Positions 22,401-31,400 of a stretch of DNA of 64,000 nt are shown here, piece by piece (within the stretch, counting starts at the first letter, position 1; every line of letters starts with the position of its first letter). The notes under the pieces are model-generated. The model ran no database searches. It had not been told where the DNA came from and worked only from the letters and a program-made list of their open reading frames with translations. The stretch is taken from the IMG/VR virus record IMGVR_UViG_3300045988_117192, positions 23,646-87,645 of that record. One strand, given 5' to 3'. This DNA comes from a virus. The position numbers and the translations under genes are program-made.

Positions 22401-25400
22401 GTTATTATAGTATAGAACTTAAAAAACTTCCAAATGATGAAATTTCTAAAGAACCAAAGTTCAAAGAAGGTATGTCTAATACTAAAGGTTATAAATTTTA
22501 TCATTTAGGTTCTAATGGTACTGTTTTAGAAAAAAATGGAGAAGGTTTTAAACTTGCTGGTAATGTGTTTCATAGTAATAAGTTTACTTTAGCTGTTGAA
22601 AGTGCAGATGGTACTATTAGTAAAAAAAATTATCTAGATGAAATTATAAGTAATGATTTAGATAAAAGATATGATGGTTCAATCAATCTTCTCTACGGGG
22701 GAGCTATGAGGATAGTAGCTACTCTAGAAGAAGATGGTAATTATAATGTAGAAGATGTTATTTTTAGTGATCTTCAACAAGAGAAAATAAATAAAGCTCT
22801 TTCAGATTTTCTTACAGAATATCAAAAACAAGCTATTAATAAAATAGATAGTTATAAAAACTTTATTCAAGGAGTTGATATTACTAGTGAAAATATAACA
22901 AGTTTTGCTATTAATAATCTTCTAATGCACTATAATTATGATGAATTATTTGAAGGTAATACTAAATTTTATAAAGATAGTCAAACTATTTTAAAACGTG
23001 CTAAAGAATATCAAGGTTCTGGTGTACCTTATGGTATTGCTAATTATAATATTTTTAATAATGAAGATTTATCTGATGTAACAAAACATTCATTTCTTAA
23101 TAATGGCACTATAGAAGAAACTAGTAAAGATTCTGAAGGTAAAGAAATAATTAATAAAGTTAGTATTCAAGATTTATTTAAAGGTACTTTATTTGAAGGT
23201 ACTACTCAACGATATGGTTTTAGAGGTGTTACCATTAAAAATACTCAACGTACAAATGTATCTGCTCTTGAAGAACTTGTTAAAAAACTTGTAAAAGATT
23301 CAAAAATAGATGAAGAAGCTGCTAGAGAAATTCTTTTTGGTCCTATTGTAATTAAAAATGGTAAAATAGTTAGAGATAAAGAAGGAAATCCTGTTCGTAA
23401 AGGTGGTTTTACTGAAACTAAAGTTAATGATGCTCAATCTTATATAACTGTTCAAGAATGGGTTCGTCGTATTTCAGCTCGTGGACAACTTCAACGCTAT
23501 CTTCCTTTAATAAAAAAAATAATTGAAGCTGATAAAAATCCTGATATTAAGCTTGATGCTAAGACCATTAAAGAATTTGTTCAAGTACAAAAAAATTTTT
23601 ATTATGATATGCATTATGATAAAAATTATGGTATTTATGTTCCTCGTCAAATTAAAAATGCTGAATTTGTACTTATACCTAGTCTTATAAAAGGTACACA
23701 ACTTGAATATGTGTATAATATGATGAGAGAAGGCAATATTGACCAACTTAATACTATTGAAACTAGTAAAGCAGCTAATGAAGAAGTTCTTACTATTTGG
23801 GATAATGATGCTAAAATTAAAGGTTTAGATGGTGTTGTTGATGAAGATGAAATAGCTAAAGCTACTAGTAAGTATGCTAGACAACTTGAAGAAAATGCTC
23901 AAATATATTCTTATAATAATTTATATACTCAGCAAGAAACACCTCAACATATGAATGCTGAAAATAAAGCTGGTATTCAACTTATGAAGAAATTGGTTGA
24001 TAATCTTCCTGATGATGATAGTGATCTTGGTAAACTTAAAAAAGAATATTTTAAATTATTTACTCGCAATATAGAAGAATCTTTTACTGATTTACTTGAT
24101 AATTTTGAAATTCCTTATGATGAAAATGGTAATATTGAATTAGATGATCTTAATCATATTAAAAATGTTAATCTAAAAGTTTTTTATAATAAACTTAAAG
24201 AAGAATTAATGCGTACAGGAATTGATAGTAACTTAAATGATTATGTTACTATTCCTGAAGGTTCTAGTATACCTAGTATGCCTGCTGCTCTTATGAACAA
24301 TGTTCTTACTAAGTTTGAATCTGTTGTTCAAAGTTTATTTAATAATAATATTACTAGACAAAAACTTCCAGGTTTTCATGCTGCTCAAATTACAAATGTT
24401 GGTTGGAGTCCTTTAAATGAAACTATAGAAGATGTTAGTTACAATAAAACTTTAAAATATCATCCTGAAGGTGAACCTTATATTGAAGTAATGCTTCCAG
24501 CATCATTTTTAGGAATAAACAAAAATGATGAGCATTATAAAAATATGACAAATAAAGAAATTATAGCTGAACTTGAAGCTAAAGGTTTAGATATGATTAT
24601 TGGTTATCGTATTCCTACTGAAGGCAAACAATCAGTATGTAATATGAAAGTTGTTGGTATAACTGATGATGCTTTTGGTTCTACTATTGTTGTTCCTGAT
24701 GATTGGGTTTCTCAAACAGGTTCTGACTTTGATATTGATAGTGTTTATGGTATTCAATTTGAAACTTATAAAACTAAATCTGGTGAAGTATTTCCTGTAG
24801 AATATAAGGAAGCTAAAAATAGAACTAAATATGATTGGTTTAATTATATTCTTAAATTTGCAAAAGATGATAGTTTAGATCCTAATGTTAAAAGTAAAAT
24901 AGTTGATGCTAAAAATAAAATAAAATCTGAACTTCAAACTGAATTAAATAAATTACAAAATGAAGAAAAAGAAGTTTGGAATAAATTTGATAAAAATGCT
25001 CAAAAGATTATTAAACAACGTCAAGATAAAATAACTCAAGCTATAAAAAAACAAGGTCTTGAAGGCGAAGATGCTTATCATTATAGACTTACTAAACTTA
25101 TTAGTTTTTTAAATAATACTAAAAAAACTGCTAAAAATAAAAATACTAATTTTATTAAAATAATTGATGAAACTATACCTACTATTAAAGCTATTGATGA
25201 TTTTATAATAACTCAAGAAGGTAAATATAATGAAAAAAGTAAAAAAAGAATAGATAGTATTCTTAATGAAAAACTTGATACATTTAATAATGCTGCTAAA
25301 AATGGTGGACTTCTTACATTAGATGACTATCTTAAATCTGAAAATGATTTAAAAGCTAATACTAGAAAAGCTAGAAATAATAAACTTCTTAGTATTATGA

Positions 25401-28400
25401 AAGAAATTCTTTCAGATCCTAAAACTCTTGAAGAAAATCTTTCTCGTTCTAATTATGATGATTTAGTTCGTGCTTGTAATGCTGTAATGAATCCTAATGT
25501 TAAAGCAGCTAGAGATGGTAGAAGTCCTTATAATGTATTTGACCAAATAGATTATCAAGAAGATGCGATGAGTGGTGCTAAACTTAAAGCTTTTAGTGTT
25601 ACACTTGATACTTTTTGTTCTGTTTGTAATAAAGTTAGACCAACATTAGAAAAACCTGTTTATATTGTTTATAATACAGATGATTATAAAAATCCTCAAG
25701 CTATTTTAGATAGATTTAATGCAGGTAAGCTTAAAGATAAAGCTAAAACTTTTGCTATAAAACATAGTACTTATGGGTGGAGCAAAGATAATAGAAATGT
25801 AGCAGGTAAAATTCTTACAGCTTATTCTTCTCAAACTACAGCATTTATTCTTGATGCTATCAAAGAAGGAGCTATACCTAATGTTAATGATTATACATTT
25901 TCAGTATTTAAAACTCTTGCTAATATAGGTACAGATTATAATACTTCTGTTGCATTTATTATGCAACCTGGTATTGAAGAAATTGTAAAAGCTAATAACA
26001 GTAATAAATCTGTTTATTCTACAACTTCTGGTAATCCTATTCATCAAGCTATTAGAACTATTGCTAAACGATTAGAAATAAATGCTGAAGATAATGTTCC
26101 TATTACAACAGTACTTGCTTCTATTAATAAAAAATATAATAAAGAATTTAATAAAATATTTAAACAACAAGGTGATGATACTATTACTATTAGTTTAAAA
26201 GAAGAAGATACTAAAAATCTTCCTATAATAGCTTCTATGCTTGTTGATAGACTTAAAAACACAGGTAAGTTTAGTAAAAGCTCCCCCGTAGAGAAGTCTT
26301 TGTTTGATTTAGGTGTTATACTTAGTTTTAATAAATTACATGATACAGCTAATACTATAGGTGATATAGCTAGATGTTGTAATCCTGATAGATTTGGTGC
26401 TAAACAAACTGTTTTTGAAACTCGTCAAGTATTTACTAGTATAGATCAAACTATGTTTAATCAAGAAGTTTCTCCTGATACTGGTAGTATTATTAGACAA
26501 TTAAGAGAACCAGTACTTTCTGTTAATGGTAAACATATATTAGCATCTATATATCCAGGCAGTGATGATATTAATAGTGATAGTAATGGTATAATTAATA
26601 ATTTACTTAGAACTAACAGAATTGCTGAAAGTAGTTATCCATCATTATATGCTTTCTTAAAATATGCTTCTGCTACTAGTATTGTTGTTGCTAAAACAAT
26701 ATTTGATACGCAAGATGATGGTTTTGTAAAACTTATAACAGATTTTAAAGATGTACTTAATGGTTATAATCAAACTATTAATGAAGATACATATAATGAT
26801 TTACAAAAATATGTATTAAGTTCTTTATATAAACAAGTTCCTGCAATTAGATATCTTGTTAATGTTAGAACTAATGATAAAGGAGAAATTGAGATAACTC
26901 AAAATATTCCTACAGAAATCGATAAAATAGAAGAAGCTTCTAAAGCAGAAATTACTAGAATTTATGGTTATGAACGTGATAATAGTATTTCTATTATTAA
27001 TAAAGAAACCTATAAAGACGATAATGGTAAAACTAAAACTAAAACTATAATTACTAATTTTGAAGTAAAAGATATTAATAATCCTACAAAGGATGAAATG
27101 GAACTTTATGAACAACTTTCTCCTGCTCAAAAAGTTCAATTTATAAAATCTAATTTTAGTAATGCTGGTATATTTAGTTTACTTAATGTTAGTCTATTTA
27201 ATAGTACTGCTAGAGGTAAATGGGTTGGTATGCAAACTTTAGAATATAAAGAACAAAATATAAATCCTAATGTAGTTTATGCTGAATTTAGAAAAGCTTT
27301 TTATAATAATAATCCTTTAATTGTTTCTGCTGCTATTGATTTAGTTAAATATGCTGCTCAAGTTGAAGGAATGAGAATGACTGCTACAGCTATTAATAAA
27401 ATTATAGATAATAAATGTCTTGTACAACCTTTTGGTAGAAATGGATTAGGTTTTGTAGATAGTATTAAACAAACTATGAATGATATCAAAAATGGTAAAG
27501 GACATTTTGGTTATAATTTAGATGAAAATAATGATGTTAATTCTGAAGTAGAAACTCTTTATGAAAATTATCTTAGAAGTCATCCTGAAACTAAAGGTAT
27601 TAAAACTGTTTATTTAAGTAAAAGAACTCAAAGTAAATATGGATTATATAAACATGATTTTGGTACTTATTATTTAAAGGTTAATGATGATAAGGATTCT
27701 CCTGAAGATAATCTTAAAGCTTTTAATCAAAGATTAGCTAATATAGGTATTAAAACTTATCTTCCATTAAGTGATAAATACAAGACTAATAAATATATTA
27801 GATTTAGAGATAGTAAAAGTAATAATTTATACAGAATAGTTGAAGGTGATGGATATATTGTTTTATATCCTTTATCTAAGCTAGAAGCTAATGAAAATAG
27901 TGAATGGTCTGCTAATGAAGATAATAATAGAGGTATTCTTAGTAAAAGAGCATATACTGTATTAACTAATGATTTTGCTAAAGTAAAAGATAGTCAAGAA
28001 TTTACACATAACTTTATAAAAGAACGTATGGAACATTATAAAGAAACTGGTGAAAAGAAGACTTTCTTTTATAAAGAACGTAAGAATTATAATAGAAATG
28101 TTCCTGCTGCTGATTTTAGTATTGAAAAAGAAGCTGAAGATGGAGGTTCTATGGCTATTCTTCGTCAGCAAATAATTAATCATTTTAAAAATCCTCTTGC
28201 AGGTAGATTATTTGTTAAAAATGGTGCTTTAACTAATTATATATTTAGTCCTGGTGTAGAAAATGGTAGTGAACAAACTATTCATTTTGGTAATAATGAT
28301 ACTAGACGATTTATATTATCTATTCCCGATAATTTAAATAAAGTAGAAAAACAATGTTTAAAAGGTGATAAAGATGGAAATAAAGTAAGTGTTAATAATA

Positions 28401-31400
28401 TACAAACTCCTAGTCTTAGAACTATTGTTAAAAATGCTCAAGATGCTGGACTTACTAGATTATCGGGAGTTGTTGAAGTTATACCTGTAGTTGAAAATGA
28501 AGCTTATGCTGCTAGTTTAGAAGAATTAGATTCTAATAGTATAGATTTTGCACATAGTAGACGTGCTGCTAAAAATGATCAAGCTTCTATTGATTATCTT
28601 GAAAAACTTAGATCTAATGATATTAATGCTAGTATTGAAAGTATAGGTAAAACTGATGAAAGTAGAAAATTAACTACTAGAGAAACAGCTAAATATGCTA
28701 GACATACTGCTGATTATATTAGAACTAAATTGTTTAATCAATTTATAGAAGATCCAGATAATGCTGATGCTTTTATTAGTATTACAGATGATAGAATTAT
28801 AGCTATGATTAAAAAAGATCCTAAACTTATGGATAAGTATATGGAAGCTGTAAACATAGCACAAGCATTTATTAACGAATATACACCTTATCGAGAATTT
28901 GATGCTACATCTGAAGATTCAGAAATTAGAATGTATATTAATGATATAAAACAAGCTCTTGATGATGTAAGTAAACTTCCTTTATCTGATGTATTACAAA
29001 AAGGTGCTCAAGCTACACTTGATAAATATTCTACTAATCCTTTAGTTAAAGAAGGTCTTATTGATGTGATGGATGGTTATTGGAAAACTTACGGTGTTGC
29101 ATGGCAATTTAATGATATAATGGAAAATGGTACTCCTATTTTACAAGTTATGCTTAAAAATGTCATGGATGATATAGATGCTAGAGATAAAGCTTTTCAA
29201 CATAAAACTAAAAAAGAATTTTGGAATAGAATACGAGAAATTCAAGCTGAAGCTAGACGTAAAGGTGAAACTATTGATTGGAATCATATAGTTGATGAAG
29301 ATGGTAGATTTATTCAAGATTATGATAATAAGTTTATTGATGATATGCAAGAACTTAGAAATAAAATGAATGAAGAAGCTAGACTTAACGGTTATGGTAG
29401 TTTACCTCATCTTAAAACTAAACTTGAATATGATCAATTTAAAGCTAATCATTGTAATCAACCAGCTGCTGGTATGTATTATCAAAGAAAATGTGCTTTA
29501 GAAAGAGCTATTATTTATGGTTATGATGTTAAAGGTGATCCAAATTTACCTTTTGAAAGTATTGATAGACATGTTCCAGGTTTTCCTGATATATATTCTA
29601 AATATATGAAGCTATTTTATAAACGTCTTGATATATTTCATTATATGTCTAATGATGGTCTTAATGAAAATCAAAGACAAGAGCTTAATAAGCTTAATCA
29701 AGAGATGTTTAATCTTGTAAGACCTGGTATTTATGCTGATGAAAGTGGTAGATTACAAGAAAGACCTTATGTTGATGAAGGTATGGCTGTTACAGATAAT
29801 GATACTTTAAAATTTTATAGTAGAGAATCTCAAAGAGCTTTAAAAACTTTTCTTGATAATATTGCACAACTTAATGATGAATATTTCGCTTATGATTCAG
29901 CTTATGGTTTTGAAGATCAACTTAAAATAAATTTAAATATTATTGCTAGTTATGAAAACAGAGATGCTAATGGAATTCCTCAAAAACCACAAGATTGGTT
30001 AGATGCTCAACCTGAATATTATGAAGCTAAACAATGGGTTCAAAATAATGCTAGATTTGTATTAAATACAGCTAATGATGAAAATGGTGAAGCTAATAGT
30101 ATAGGAGCTAAACTTAAAGAATCTTTCAGATTGTTAGGTTTAACTAGTAGTGGTAAAAATAGAAGTGCCGCTGATGTTATGCGCAATCATAATAATGGTG
30201 AAGGTATTTATGATGAAAATCATGTATTAGATGGTAGAAAACTATCTGATGAGGAATTAGCTGAAGTAAAAGATAAACAATTATATGATTATAAAACTAA
30301 AGATTGTCCTCCTTTTACAGATAGAGTATTAATTTCTAATGCTAAACCTGATAATACTGTTTTTACTAGTGACTTTTACGAAGGTATGAGTAAAAGTAGA
30401 ACTAATAATGCTAATCAAGCATATTTAGCATGTGTAACTGAACTTAATAAACTATTAGAACCTTATTATAACAATGTAGATGGTAATATTCATTTTGAAC
30501 AAATTCCAGATACAGATGAAGGTATCGAACTTCTTAAAAAAATAGCTCAAAAATATCAAGAAATTAGAGCTTATAAAGAAACAGATAATACTGACAGAAG
30601 TGTATCAGATTTTATAAAAGATAATGTTGAATTTGTTACTAATAAAGTTGCTTGGAATGGTCAAATAGCTGCTATAAAAAGTGGTAATTTTAGTGATGAT
30701 TTTAAAAACGCTTTTATATTATTAGCTTATGAACGTAAATCTAATGGTGATTTTGTTCAAAGAAATGGTAATTTTGTTCCTAATAGATTCCTTTATAGTT
30801 ACGCTAAACCACAAGGTAAACCTGGAGATCCTTCTTATGAACGTTTTGTAGATCATAAACGTAATGAAGCTTTAAATCTCGTTAATCAAATTTATCGTAA
30901 AGTTTCTACTAAATATTATTATCAATCAATGCACGAAGCTATGGCTAAAGCCCAAAAGAATGGTAATTATAATTATATGGATTGGTATGTTGCCAATCAT
31001 ATATACAATCCTTATACTCGTAAAATGCAACCATTAGATTGTTGGCTTACTAGTGAAGTTCGTGATGAATTATTTAAAGATAATACTTTTGAAGGTAAAT
31101 GGGTTCCTAGAAGTAATCAAAGAGATAAAGTAGTTCGCGATGGTACTTTTAGTACTGTTGTAGCTGGACAAAAAATTAGTGCTTATGATAAAGATCGTGA
31201 TATGAGAAATCATGATTATAATCCTGATCTTGGTCTTATAGGCAATTACGTAAAAGGTAGCCAAAAAGGTAAATATGATAGTAAAATAGTTATGAATGAT
31301 TCTGAAAAAGCTATGCGAGATTATCTTCAAAAAATTCTTATGCAAACAGCTAATGTAGAATCTGCTCGTAGATATTTTGAAAGAGGCTATTTACCTGCAA